This document shows positions 9,303-18,750 of a DNA stretch of 64,000 nucleotides, piece by piece (the first letter of the stretch is position 1; every line of letters starts with the position of its first letter). The notes below the pieces were generated by a model that was not told where the DNA came from, did no database searches, and was given only the letters and a program-made list of their open reading frames with translations. Both the position numbers and the translations under genes were made by a program. Source of the DNA: a virus; IMG/VR virus record IMGVR_UViG_3300025120_000037, positions 4,127 to 68,126 of that record. One strand, 5' to 3'.

Positions 9303-9530
9303 GTGTCTGAATCTTCAACAGATCGAATTGTCGCTGAATGGGACTGCGATGACGAGAACAGTAAAGCTTTTTTTATGCAGGAGCTTTATCGATACTACGG
9401 CCGGACTGACGGTACTTATACTGGTCTTTGGGCGCAGTTTAAAGAAGATTTAGCCAAGCGAGGTCGAAAGCTCGTATGGACTGAAAGTTGTTCAATTACT
9501 GAACTCTTTGCAGGTCCTAGTAAAATGTAA
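9303..9530 (+). CDS. Hypothetical protein
   Basis: ELY..YGR....YTGLW motif. Confidence 0.6.
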   Translation: MSESSTDRIVAEWDCDDENSKAFFMQELYRYYGRTDGTYTGLWAQFKEDLAKRGRKLVWTESCSITELFAGPSKM

Positions 9531-9549
9531 ATAACAAATTTTTACGACC

Positions 9550-9783
9550 GTGGCGTACCAAAGAGACTATAGAAAAGAGTACGACGAAAGGTCTGAAAAG
9601 CAAAAGAAACGCACGGCAGCCCGAAAACGGGCTCGTCGTTTTATGGAACGAAAAGGAAGAGTTAAGAAAAATGATGGCAAAGAAGTAGATCACAAAGATC
9701 ATGATGCCGAAAATAATTCACCGTCTAATTTAAGAGTGGTTAGTAAAACAACTAATCGCAAAAAGCAACCAAAACGGAGTTAA
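9550..9783 (+). CDS. Small HNH-type protein
   Basis: RDYRKEY...DGKEVDHKD...NN..SNLRVVS..NR. Confidence 0.8.
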   Translation: MAYQRDYRKEYDERSEKQKKRTAARKRARRFMERKGRVKKNDGKEVDHKDHDAENNSPSNLRVVSKTTNRKKQPKRS

Positions 9784-9792
9784 GATAGAAAA

Positions 9793-10305
9793 ATGGAAAA
9801 GCCTAATTTCTTACAACGCCCTGGTGGACTCGGTCCTATGGCTAAGCGAGTAAAACCTATCGGCTCGTCGCAAATGGTTTCGCCTGCGGATTATCAAAAC
9901 ACCGCGCAGTCTATTGAGTTAAATAGAGCTACTGGTATTGACAACGTTAATAGAGTTTACTCTCAGTATCAAGTTGATCACGGAGAGTATGCTCGCGCAC
10001 CCATAGGCCCCACGGATTTTAATAAGGGCAATATTGTTCCAAGTCAACAGTTGACAGGACCCGCCGGTTACAACCACCGCGACGTGGTTATGCCGATGCG
10101 TCCAATGGATATGTCTCAAGCAGATTATATGTTGAAAGAACAAAACACCTTGGATCCTGAGCTTCGTGTACAGCTAAAAACTCTTACAACTAATCCTCGT
10201 CAGAACTTTATTAACGGTCAAGATTTGACGGTGAATACGGTAAGTCAAAGTTATAACATGCCTGATAATCTTCCCTTCTCTAATATCCCACCTAAAAGCA
10301 AATGA
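9793..10305 (+). CDS. Hypothetical protein
   Basis: 170-aa ORF. Confidence 0.7.
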   Translation: MEKPNFLQRPGGLGPMAKRVKPIGSSQMVSPADYQNTAQSIELNRATGIDNVNRVYSQYQVDHGEYARAPIGPTDFNKGNIVPSQQLTGPAGYNHRDVVMPMRPMDMSQADYMLKEQNTLDPELRVQLKTLTTNPRQNFINGQDLTVNTVSQSYNMPDNLPFSNIPPKSK

Positions 10306-10442
10306 TGTCTTCTCAAGCAGATGTGACGCGTATGGCTGGTATGCGTTTGGGTCAAGGTCCTGAAGGTGTGAAACGAATGGTTGCAAACCCACGGGAAATC
10401 ACTGCGCGGCTACGATACCAGCAGACATTCCCACGTAGTTAG
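10302..10442 (+). CDS. Small hypothetical protein, 46 aa
   Basis: Hand translation MMSSQADVTRMAGMRLGQGPEG...; ATGA overlap with the upstream stop. Confidence 0.55.
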   Translation: MMSSQADVTRMAGMRLGQGPEGVKRMVANPREITARLRYQQTFPRS

Positions 10443-11140
10443 TGCATAAAACTCTGCATACGGCTTCGCTTGACTGGATTACACCAGACGCAGAAAAAGT
10501 TATTGCGCGTCACGCTCGTGTCTCTTCAAAGGATCCGGACAAAGAAGACTACGCCGGTCTGGTCTCCTTCTGTATAAAGCATGGACATTGGTCGATTCTT
10601 GAGCAAGCGTCTGCTAGCTTCGAAGTTATTACGACTCGGGCGATCTCACCTCAAATTTTGCGTCATAGGAGTTTTACGTTTCAAGAAACGAGTCAAAGAT
10701 ACTGCAACCCTAATGAGATACTTAGCGTCGAAGAGAAACCTTTTCAATTTGATTTAAGGTACCAAGGAAAGACTAATAGGCAGGTTTCAGAGAGCCAACT
10801 TCCGTTATATCTACATCAGGAGTTTTGGGACAGGCTTGAAATTATTGACACCCACGTTCAAGATCTTTATAACGACATGCTTAAAAGAGGTGTTGCACGT
10901 GAGTGTGCAAGAAATATTTTGCCTCTTTATACACCGACCAAACTTCATATTTCCGGAACTATTCGTAGTTTTGTACACTACGTAGGCTTAAGAGGTAAAG
11001 AGGATACGCAACACGAACACCGTGCCATTGTTCGTTGTATAGGCAGATCTTTGAAGGATAAACTCCCCGTGGTCGTGGAAGCAGTTAAAAAAGCACGGGA
11101 AGAGGATAAAGGTTTAGCTGGCTGGGATTTTCTTAAGTAG
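10442..11140 (+). CDS. thyX: Flavin-dependent thymidylate synthase
   Basis: HGHWSILE, RHRSFTFQETSQRY signature, RECARNILP. Confidence 0.95.
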   Translation: MHKTLHTASLDWITPDAEKVIARHARVSSKDPDKEDYAGLVSFCIKHGHWSILEQASASFEVITTRAISPQILRHRSFTFQETSQRYCNPNEILSVEEKPFQFDLRYQGKTNRQVSESQLPLYLHQEFWDRLEIIDTHVQDLYNDMLKRGVARECARNILPLYTPTKLHISGTIRSFVHYVGLRGKEDTQHEHRAIVRCIGRSLKDKLPVVVEAVKKAREEDKGLAGWDFLK

Positions 11141-11690
11141 GGCTTACATTCTCCCAAGGGCTGGGGCTAGCCTTAACCTGAAGTTGCTGTTGAGCTTGCA
11201 TTTGATAAACCTGGATTAGTTTTTTATGCTGGAGTAACTCATCGTTTAACTGTTGAGTCTGAGCTGCAGCCCATTTTTGAGCGTTTTGAGTAAGCTCGTC
11301 TAAAGCAGCGGAGCTATGCGGAAAAGCAAAGACGACAGTTAAGCCGTCTTGAACAGTAACTTTCTGACCGTTGTTTGCTTCTGCCAAGGTCGTTAAGAAT
11401 GCATCAGCGCGACTCAAGGGAATATTCGAAAGAAAAGCAAGCTGTACGGGCTCTATGATTCCTCTGTTTATTTCGTAAAGACTCGTAAATGTCTGAGTTA
11501 CACGTGCTGTTTGTTCTTGTTCAAGGGATGCTTTAAGAGATCGTTCCTTGGCAATAGCAGCTCCTCCAATAAGACCACCAGTGAAAGCTAACCCTCCCCC
11601 GACAAACTGAGGAGCAGTAATTGCGGTGGCGATACTAGCTGCAGCGCCAACTGCTGTTGCCAAAAGAAAATTAGGATTTAGGCGTGTCAT
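11133..11690 (-). CDS. Hypothetical membrane-anchored protein
   Basis: Hydrophobic N-terminus, coiled-coil-like C-terminus. Confidence 0.65.
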   Translation of the reverse strand: MTRLNPNFLLATAVGAAASIATAITAPQFVGGGLAFTGGLIGGAAIAKERSLKASLEQEQTARVTQTFTSLYEINRGIIEPVQLAFLSNIPLSRADAFLTTLAEANNGQKVTVQDGLTVVFAFPHSSAALDELTQNAQKWAAAQTQQLNDELLQHKKLIQVYQMQAQQQLQVKASPSPWENVSPT

Positions 11691-14472
11691 GTTTTTGAAA
11701 AGAAGTGTCCCAGCGATTGGTGCTCATGTCCTGAGCAAATTCCACAGGTGTGGGTAGACGCTCCGGACCTTTTGCAGCACGATCGGAGTTTAGGTCATAT
11801 GCCTTAAGTCGCAGCCCTTTTATCCCTGGAATACCGTCATTTAACACAACCTTAGTGCCAGGGAGTTTCAGGATATTAGTTAGAGCTTCTTTGGTGCGCT
11901 CAACAAAACGGTGTTTAGCCGCAGGTTTGTAACCGCATGATTTACAGAAATTTGCATAAGAAGGGTACAACGCACCATAGGCGTTGGAAACGTACATACC
12001 TTTTTCTCCCTCGTCTGTATTAGGCTTACGAGCACCAGCACCTACAGGCGTTATTGTGTTAGGTGCGTATAAGCAACAATCGTTAAGCCACGCTATAAAT
12101 TGATTGTTAAAGAGCAGTGCTTCGATGTTGGTTTTGTTGAGCGAGGGGACATGCTTAGTAGGGTTCGCAAGAATATCTTTCATAATTGCGTAGTCCATTG
12201 AGAGAGCCCAACTGACAATCCCACTCATCTCGGGAACAAAGGACCCTTCAATTCGATCCTCAAAAACACTTATAAGTTCTGTACGTTTACTGGGGTCAAC
12301 GACTTTGTCCATAACGATTGTGAGTCGCCTTCTTTCCAGTCCACTGCTGGAGTCATTTGATGTGATGTGCTCATTACTGGCGATACAAACTAAACATTCA
12401 GGTTTAAAGCTGATGATTTCTTTTCCGTACTTTCGTTCAGCGCGAAGGGTGTCAGAAGCAGATGTAAGTTTTTTGAGTACATCCATTCGCTTGTTGTAGT
12501 TGCTTTCGTCAGTAAGGAGGAGTAATCGCTTCCCGATGAGGTTGTAGGACTCAAACTTGTTGGTCTCAATGACCTCCAAGCTCGAAGTGTGAGTTCCGTG
12601 GAAACCAGCAAGCGCAACCATTAGCTGCTGCATGGTTGACTTACCAGTACCACCAGGGCCGACAAGGTGAAGGAATCTCTCGCCAGCTGTATAGCCTGTG
12701 AGGATTGCTCTAGCAAAAGCTTGGATTAGTTTCTCTTGATCCTTATCAAGGGCACCTTTGATCCATTTCATGAACTCAGGACACTCTGCGCTCGTGTTGT
12801 ACTCGTAAGCAAGCTTGTGCCTAAGAAAGAGATCTTTTTGTTTACCCTCCGAAAACTTAAAAGTTTTAGTACACAAGACTCCATTTCGAAATGGAATAAA
12901 ACCAAACGACTTGCTCCAAATGCTGCGACGACCTCCTTCAGCAGATTTAAGAAGCTTTGCTTTAAGGATTCCGAAAACGCTACTGATAGTTGCGCTGTTG
13001 TATTTAGGAAGTGCCCCACCTGCAATTAGAGCATCCAGGGCGAGCACAATTCTTCTTTTTATATGCTGTTCATCCTGAAAATACCAGATATCAAGATCGT
13101 CGTCGTAGTGATAGAACTGATCTAAATTACTGTCATAAATAAAGTTGTCACCTTGATTGTTGACAATGAGCGTGGCGATGTCATTCTCGCTGAACTCTCG
13201 GTTCCTTGAACCAGCCTGAAGTGAGACCAATTGAGCTGGGGTGGCTGGAGTATTCACTTGGTTTTCCTTAAGTGTTGATGTTGATGTTGATGTTGGTGTT
13301 GATTTTGATGTTGATTCTGGTTCGTCATAATCAGACTCAAGGTTGTTGAGACTGAACTCCGCCATATTCATAACGGCATTGACAGCTGCTTCTTTTTTAA
13401 GAGCTGCTAAACGATCCTTCACCTCTTCTGACGCGTGACTGTCAAATACAGACTTTTTGACGCGTCTGATTTTTTTCCAGATGCCGAGGTCTCCATGCTC
13501 AGAAGCCAATGAGACAGCAGGTAGGAGATCCTCGGGGTTGCGGATTGAATTTAAAATCCGCGAGAATTTACCATCGCAGCTGTGAGGGTAGTCATATATA
13601 TTATGGAACGCATCCTGCGCTATTGTCAAGGGTGATACGCATGATGCAATGTGTTGCTCTTTAAGCCAGTTGCTCCAACCGATCAATTCCTTAAATACCG
13701 TGGCCATCGTCGAGCTGCGGTCAGAGACTTCCTCACCAGCAAGAACAGACCTTACAGAAGAAGATACAAGTTTTTCAATATCGATACCGTTTGCTCGGAT
13801 TACGACATTGTCAATAGCTTGCTCTGGGTCACCAGCCTCTTCTAAATTTTGTACAGGAAGTGAACTGTACGACCTAAAACCTTCGTTTATGACTTCTTCT
13901 GGTATGAACTTGTCAGTCGTGACGAATATGCACTCTTTATTTTTAGGACCGTAGAAAAGATTGGGTACAGTCGTAGCTCTTATGTCTGATCCAGGTATTT
14001 GTTTAAGAATTTGTTTATTAAACCATTGATAAAACTGAGGATCGATGATTGCTTTACCAAGCCCAAATACCAACCTAAATCTTGGCCACCCAGGAGAATC
14101 AGAAGGTGAGTGATATCCAATTGTTAGATACTTTTTACATATATCTAATTCAAGAGCTTCTTCCGGAGTTAATTCTTGCTTTTGAATCTTGTTTCCGTTC
14201 TCATCTTTACCTTCTGCCTGATTGTCAATGTCGATAATAATTAGTCCAGCTTGAAGTACCCCAGTACCACTAGCCTTTCGTTGTCCATTAACTAAATGCC
14301 AAGCGCAAAGCCCAGCCTGAGTCGAAAGAATCGTCGATAATTCTTGAGCTGTGACATCTTTGGATTCCCAGCCTGAGTTAAACGCTGTAAAGTTCCCTCC
14401 TTTGGCAATCTTGCCCTGCTCTGGGTGTAGATGAGGGATGACACTCGTATTTACAGAGCAGATGAAGTTCAT
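11671..14472 (-). CDS. Primase-helicase (AEP-like N-terminus, D5-type SF3 helicase)
   Basis: IIDID, HSPS...PRFRLVF; IPFRNG; GPGGTGKST, LLLTDE, IASN, LERRR. Confidence 0.9.
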   Translation of the reverse strand: MNFICSVNTSVIPHLHPEQGKIAKGGNFTAFNSGWESKDVTAQELSTILSTQAGLCAWHLVNGQRKASGTGVLQAGLIIIDIDNQAEGKDENGNKIQKQELTPEEALELDICKKYLTIGYHSPSDSPGWPRFRLVFGLGKAIIDPQFYQWFNKQILKQIPGSDIRATTVPNLFYGPKNKECIFVTTDKFIPEEVINEGFRSYSSLPVQNLEEAGDPEQAIDNVVIRANGIDIEKLVSSSVRSVLAGEEVSDRSSTMATVFKELIGWSNWLKEQHIASCVSPLTIAQDAFHNIYDYPHSCDGKFSRILNSIRNPEDLLPAVSLASEHGDLGIWKKIRRVKKSVFDSHASEEVKDRLAALKKEAAVNAVMNMAEFSLNNLESDYDEPESTSKSTPTSTSTSTLKENQVNTPATPAQLVSLQAGSRNREFSENDIATLIVNNQGDNFIYDSNLDQFYHYDDDLDIWYFQDEQHIKRRIVLALDALIAGGALPKYNSATISSVFGILKAKLLKSAEGGRRSIWSKSFGFIPFRNGVLCTKTFKFSEGKQKDLFLRHKLAYEYNTSAECPEFMKWIKGALDKDQEKLIQAFARAILTGYTAGERFLHLVGPGGTGKSTMQQLMVALAGFHGTHTSSLEVIETNKFESYNLIGKRLLLLTDESNYNKRMDVLKKLTSASDTLRAERKYGKEIISFKPECLVCIASNEHITSNDSSSGLERRRLTIVMDKVVDPSKRTELISVFEDRIEGSFVPEMSGIVSWALSMDYAIMKDILANPTKHVPSLNKTNIEALLFNNQFIAWLNDCCLYAPNTITPVGAGARKPNTDEGEKGMYVSNAYGALYPSYANFCKSCGYKPAAKHRFVERTKEALTNILKLPGTKVVLNDGIPGIKGLRLKAYDLNSDRAAKGPERLPTPVEFAQDMSTNRWDTSFQKHDTPKS
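13272..13317. repeat. Hexamer repeat (GATGTT)n encoding a Ser/Thr linker in the primase
   Basis: gtgttgatgttgatgttgatgttggtgttgattttgatgttgatt. Confidence 0.8.
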
Positions 14473-14586
14473 TAGGTACCTTGACGCGTATGTAGTATGC
14501 CTGATTTTAGACGTTAAAAGCTCAAGAGAAGCTTAAGACGCCTCTTCCGCTCTGCCTTGTTGACTGATTCTACGCCGAGTTGGGCC

Positions 14587-15360
14587 TTAATTCTGGTTTT
14601 CGTAGTACTGTCGCACGACCTCAAACCATGAAATCTCGTCTTTCTCAACGTCGTCAGGGCCAAAGGTAAAAATCTGAGTGTTAAATTCTTTTATCGCCGT
14701 GGTCACGATTATCTGAGTTTTATCTATTTTTATGCCTAAGCAAGCTTCTGCAGCTGCTTTATACGCGGCCAACTGAAGTCTCGTTTTTTTAGTTTTGAAG
14801 ACACCAGATATAAGCGCTTTCTTAGTTTTTTCATCTACACCAGATTTTTTATTCGGGAACCTGGAAGAGTAAGGTCCATTGCTAGTTTTAAAATCTGCAA
14901 GAATAATTTCTGCATTTTGATTCATATAGATAAGGTCACAACAGCCTGCGTACCCATGACCAGTATTTTCGTCATAATAATGAATTCTGCCTACTCCGTC
15001 GTCTCCTACGTACTTAGACCATGCAGGTTGATTAAAAGGCTTCTCAGACCACAGTACTCTTCCACCGTCTAGAAGGTTATCTAGTAACTCTGGAACGCCT
15101 TCCCAAAATAGGCTGTAGTAATCGGGTGGGATTACGCGTAGACCTCTTATATAATCTTCGACGCTGTTATGTATCCAAGTGCCTCTCTCTGCAGCTTTGT
15201 CCGCTACACCTGGGTTCATCTTGTTCCAGTGCTCAAGTTTTTTCCTATTAGCCTCTGAAGCAGTGGAGCTTAGTATCGTTGTAACAGAAGGAAGAGGTTT
15301 GGCTACACCGTTACAGATGTAGTGTCTCTTTCCGTTGATTACTACTCGAGTATCTGACAC
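14587..15360 (-). CDS. PD-(D/E)xK exonuclease
   Basis: PSVTTIL, RGTWIH, SE, YAGCCD, ADFKTS, LQLAAY. Confidence 0.9.
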   Translation of the reverse strand: MSDTRVVINGKRHYICNGVAKPLPSVTTILSSTASEANRKKLEHWNKMNPGVADKAAERGTWIHNSVEDYIRGLRVIPPDYYSLFWEGVPELLDNLLDGGRVLWSEKPFNQPAWSKYVGDDGVGRIHYYDENTGHGYAGCCDLIYMNQNAEIILADFKTSNGPYSSRFPNKKSGVDEKTKKALISGVFKTKKTRLQLAAYKAAAEACLGIKIDKTQIIVTTAIKEFNTQIFTFGPDDVEKDEISWFEVVRQYYENQN

Positions 15361-15384
15361 TGTGTTTATCCTCCTTTTAAAAGT

Positions 15385-15687
15385 CTAGAACATACTTGAG
15401 ATACCATTACTTTCATCTGCGTCATCATCTATAAAAAATTCTTGCTTTTGGTACTGATACTCTTTGTTTCGCTGCTCTAGTTGAGGCATCAAACACAGTG
15501 CTGAAGAAAATGCTTCCAGAGTAATGTCTGCACACTCCTCAGCAGTTCTGGCATTCCCCAAAGGGTCTATGCACTCAGTAAGCAATTGATTACTTGTTTG
15601 TAGTGCAATGATGTTATCTAGTTTGCAGTTATGCTCTTCCAAGAGTTTTGCAATGTGGTTTAGGGCCTCTGTTAATGGCTTACTCAC
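15385..15687 (-). CDS. Hypothetical protein
   Basis: 100-aa ORF coupled to its neighbours. Confidence 0.65.
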   Translation of the reverse strand: MSKPLTEALNHIAKLLEEHNCKLDNIIALQTSNQLLTECIDPLGNARTAEECADITLEAFSSALCLMPQLEQRNKEYQYQKQEFFIDDDADESNGISSMF

Positions 15688-16220
15688 AATTTTAAATTTT
15701 TTGGTCTGTGCCAGCCTACTTCGAAATCCACATTTGTCTTTATAAGTGCTGATCCTTGTCTTCTAAAAACAAACCACGCAGAAGTCACAGAGTCTTTTAA
15801 AGACTTTTTATCGTCACGAAATGACGGGCGAGGGCTTAAAATTTTAATATTTTCGAGAGCTGCTTCTTTAAGAAAGTCTTGGCGACTCCTTGTAGGTTCT
15901 AAAAAAGTCAGTCTGTCGAGGATACAGATCCCCTTTGAAGCGGTCTGAATCCCACACTCAGTAACCCAAGAAGTTATTTCTTTTGTCCCCTGTGTCACAG
16001 CAATTATCCAGTCGAACTTATCTTTTTTCTCAGACCACCAGTTTAGATCAGTAACATTGTCCACTGAAGTGTTTGTAGTAATATCAGTTATGCCTGAGTT
16101 CCTTACTTGAGTAGTGAGTTCAAAACTTTCGTCGTAAGGAAGTAAGACTGATCCCGAAACAATCCCAGATTCCGCAATAGGATTGAATATGTATTTTGGG
16201 ACTTGGTAGAACGTGGACAA
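15684..16220 (-). CDS. DNA methyltransferase-like protein with degenerate catalytic motifs
   Basis: FYQVP start, RLTFLEPT..R..FL, RPSF...DSVTSAWFVF match phage amino-MTases; NPPF absent; TTG start at 16220 inferred. Confidence 0.6.
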   Translation of the reverse strand: MSTFYQVPKYIFNPIAESGIVSGSVLLPYDESFELTTQVRNSGITDITTNTSVDNVTDLNWWSEKKDKFDWIIAVTQGTKEITSWVTECGIQTASKGICILDRLTFLEPTRSRQDFLKEAALENIKILSPRPSFRDDKKSLKDSVTSAWFVFRRQGSALIKTNVDFEVGWHRPKNLKL

Positions 16221-16458
16221 AGCAGATGTTCTCCTAGGTAAACTTTGCTCCCACATGAGTTTAGAGGAACAGTTCGCACATAGACGGTTCGTAACCAGTC
16301 TTAGTCAGATGGACGACGAGGAAAGAGATATATGCATCAAGCTAACACATGCAAATTATTTGATACGCGGCAAACTCTTAGAGAACGTAATTAAGTATTG
16401 CCTTGAGAACGACGTGGAGCTTCCATCGTTTGGTGACTTAATCCGGTACGGACAATAA
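16213..16458 (+). CDS. nblA: NblA-like phycobilisome degradation adaptor
   Basis: SLEEQFAHRRFVTSLSQM...LIRGKLLENVIK aligns without gaps to the recalled Nostoc NblA core SLEQQFSIRSFATQVQNM...VVREATYQELLK. Confidence 0.65.
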   Translation: MDKADVLLGKLCSHMSLEEQFAHRRFVTSLSQMDDEERDICIKLTHANYLIRGKLLENVIKYCLENDVELPSFGDLIRYGQ

Positions 16459-16488
16459 AAAAGAGTGTGTATTTGCAAACACACTCTA
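16456..16488 (-). terminator. Intrinsic terminator between convergent genes
   Basis: AGAGTGTG-N10-CACACTCT with an A-tract on the left (U-tract on the minus strand). Confidence 0.65.
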
Positions 16489-16521
16489 GTTACCCTTAGA
16501 GGCTTCCCCACCTCAAAAGAA

Positions 16522-17343
16522 CTATACTTCCAATCCAGCTGCCTTAAGAGCTGCTTTTTGTTCTTCCGTCAATTCTTTAGATTTAGCGGCTTTTGCCTCC
16601 GGAAGCTTGGGAGCTTCTGAAGACTTACCTGGGGTACCCGCACCTGCTGGAAGAGCTGCGAGCCCCTGCGGAGAGCCGCTTTCTAAGATTGGATGCTGTT
16701 CTTTAAATGCTTCTTTAATTGAAGCATGATCTTGGCCGAGAGGAAGCTCAACCAGATTAGAACCGGAGATAGTACTGCGTAATGCAGAAGCCACCAAGTC
16801 TCCTGAAATTTCGAGCCATTCAGAAACATCTTGGATGAGTTTTGTCTCCTCATCACTTTGAGTCGGACGATCCTTAAACTCTAAGACGTTGTAGTTAATC
16901 TTTGCACCGTCCTCACCTGTTACAGGATTCCTTTCGTTAAAGGATTTTTGAACAAACTTCGTGGACGTTACGACTTCACCGACATTGATTCTATTGTTAT
17001 AGAGTGTCTGAAAATACGTAATGAAGTTTTTTTGACTTGATTTACCACTGATAATGCTAGTGCATACACAGCGAGGAGGGAGTAACCGATGAGAAGGACT
17101 GACACCGATATAAGAAATCCGGATAAACTCCTGATGTGATCGCATCCCGAGGTTACCGAAATATGGTGTGAAACCAAGAAGGATGAATTCAATCGGTATG
17201 CCGTTGTCGTTACTGTCGGTGATGGCAGCTTCAGAGTCAGTATCGGACTTCCAAACGCGACTTTGAAGATCGATTCGAAGTGTGTGTGGCGGGAGGTTAC
17301 AGAGGATTTCATCTGCAGAAAATTTGCCAGCAATAAAAACCAT
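16522..17343 (-). CDS. Replication/recombination-cluster hypothetical protein
   Basis: 273-aa ORF directly downstream of SSB. Confidence 0.75.
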   Translation of the reverse strand: MVFIAGKFSADEILCNLPPHTLRIDLQSRVWKSDTDSEAAITDSNDNGIPIEFILLGFTPYFGNLGMRSHQEFIRISYIGVSPSHRLLPPRCVCTSIISGKSSQKNFITYFQTLYNNRINVGEVVTSTKFVQKSFNERNPVTGEDGAKINYNVLEFKDRPTQSDEETKLIQDVSEWLEISGDLVASALRSTISGSNLVELPLGQDHASIKEAFKEQHPILESGSPQGLAALPAGAGTPGKSSEAPKLPEAKAAKSKELTEEQKAALKAAGLEV

Positions 17344-17351
17344 GATTCAGA

Positions 17352-17999
17352 TTAAAGAGAAAAGTCAATAGAGCCAAGAGCGGCGGTAGCTACCTTGCCT
17401 TTTTCAGGGTCGGCAGCTTGTTTGGGTGCCGCTTTCTTGGAACGAGGTAGATAAAGAACTTTATCTATCCCGTAATTAAGATACTTCTTGCCCTCCTTCT
17501 CAGACGTGTTGACACGTCCGATAGCGATGGTTGGAGTACCTGGTGCCAACTCGGAAAGTTGAGTGGAAAGCTTGTCCCAAGCAGTGAGCTTAAACCAATT
17601 TGTTTCTCCTTTTTCGTCTTGCCATGCAAGTGATCGATTGGTAACAGTGTTGTCACCCACTTGATTTTCCTCGGCTTTAGGCCCAAGACCACCTGTGGAA
17701 ATATAAAGATTGACAGCTAGAAGATCACTCCAATTATCTTGTGTCACTACAAGCATTGGCTGCATCTGAAGTACGCCATCAGGTGTCGGCTTAGTTGGAC
17801 CGATTGCAAGGATGGTTTGATTTTCAGAAAGAGAGGCGAGAATCTTCCCTACATAGTGATCAGCAGTCATTGAAAGCTGAACCTTTGTTGCTATCCGCTT
17901 GTCAGTTGAAGGAAGAGACTCAGCTAAGACATGTGTGACTTTGTTTTCGTCGGTGCTAGCCGTGTCTGTGACACGAAGACCGAGGGTGAAGATGTTCAC
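17352..17999 (-). CDS. ssb: Single-stranded DNA-binding protein (probable tandem OB folds)
   Basis: C-half VTNRSLA...ETNWFKLTAWDKL...GTPTIAIGRV resembles SSB; ends DFSL. Confidence 0.7.
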   Translation of the reverse strand: MNIFTLGLRVTDTASTDENKVTHVLAESLPSTDKRIATKVQLSMTADHYVGKILASLSENQTILAIGPTKPTPDGVLQMQPMLVVTQDNWSDLLAVNLYISTGGLGPKAEENQVGDNTVTNRSLAWQDEKGETNWFKLTAWDKLSTQLSELAPGTPTIAIGRVNTSEKEGKKYLNYGIDKVLYLPRSKKAAPKQAADPEKGKVATAALGSIDFSL

Positions 18000-18522
18000 G
18001 TTTTAAAGTTCGGTAAATAGTTGATCGGTTTACTTTGAGTGCTTTGGCAATCTCCCTGACGGGGACACCATCGCCATGAAAGGCTAACGCCAAAGTGACG
18101 TCCGCGCCACCTAGTTTTGACGCATTCATGTTTTTATATGAGTTATGTAATGGATTGATGCATTTCTTGTTACCGCAACTGGGCTTGACCGCACCGTCTC
18201 TATTGATCTCAAGGTAATCTAAAATTAGTGGCCGAACGTAATAACGTTCTCCTAAGGCATAAATGACCGGGTGTTCATTCACGTAAGAATGTTCCCAAAA
18301 ATCACACATTTTGTGCGTAAAGTCGTTCGAAGCTAGTCTTTTAAAAAGCAAGCTTAGGTTATTTTCTTTTACCTCTGAGTAAGTAAGTTTTAAAGACTCC
18401 GCCCCGAATGCTCTACTGATGTCCGAAGCCTGAGCTTGAGCGTGGCCAACGTCATTAGCCAATAAAGCAAGAGAAAGAGTCTTTTGCTTCTTCGTTAGTG
18501 AAAGGCAGTAATTAGTCTTCAC
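17956..18522 (-). CDS. HNH-like zinc-binding loop plus C-terminal HTH protein
   Basis: CGNKKCINPLH; VREIAKALKVNRSTIYR. Confidence 0.7.
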   Translation of the reverse strand: MKTNYCLSLTKKQKTLSLALLANDVGHAQAQASDISRAFGAESLKLTYSEVKENNLSLLFKRLASNDFTHKMCDFWEHSYVNEHPVIYALGERYYVRPLILDYLEINRDGAVKPSCGNKKCINPLHNSYKNMNASKLGGADVTLALAFHGDGVPVREIAKALKVNRSTIYRTLKREHLHPRSSCHRHG

Positions 18523-18688
18523 TCAGTGCTGCTTTAGCTTTATCGCCGATCTTAAGTCCTTCAGTTTCTATTTTTTTAATTATTTCAGAGTAAGACATAC
18601 CTGATTCCTGAGCACGTTTGAGTGCAGCAAGTCCTAAGAAGCCTTCTGTGCCTTCAGGACCTATAAAAGAAGCAAGAGTAACAGTCAT
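18512..18688 (-). CDS. Small protein made of one copy of the repeat domain of 18751-19728, 58 aa
   Basis: Hand translation MTVTLASFIGPEGTEGFLGLAALKRAQESGMSYSEIIKKIETEGLKIGDKAKAALSED. Confidence 0.7.
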   Translation of the reverse strand: MTVTLASFIGPEGTEGFLGLAALKRAQESGMSYSEIIKKIETEGLKIGDKAKAALSED

Positions 18689-18750
18689 CGTTAAAAGTAA
18701 GTTGACTTAAATCTAACGATGACTTTGTAACTGTCAATATATATATTTTA

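Noticed and set aside
11750-13954. Several short ORFs inside the primase-helicase
   Set aside because: Antisense or alternate-frame shadows of a well-supported gene; the same applies to shadows in polA, terL, portal and capsid.
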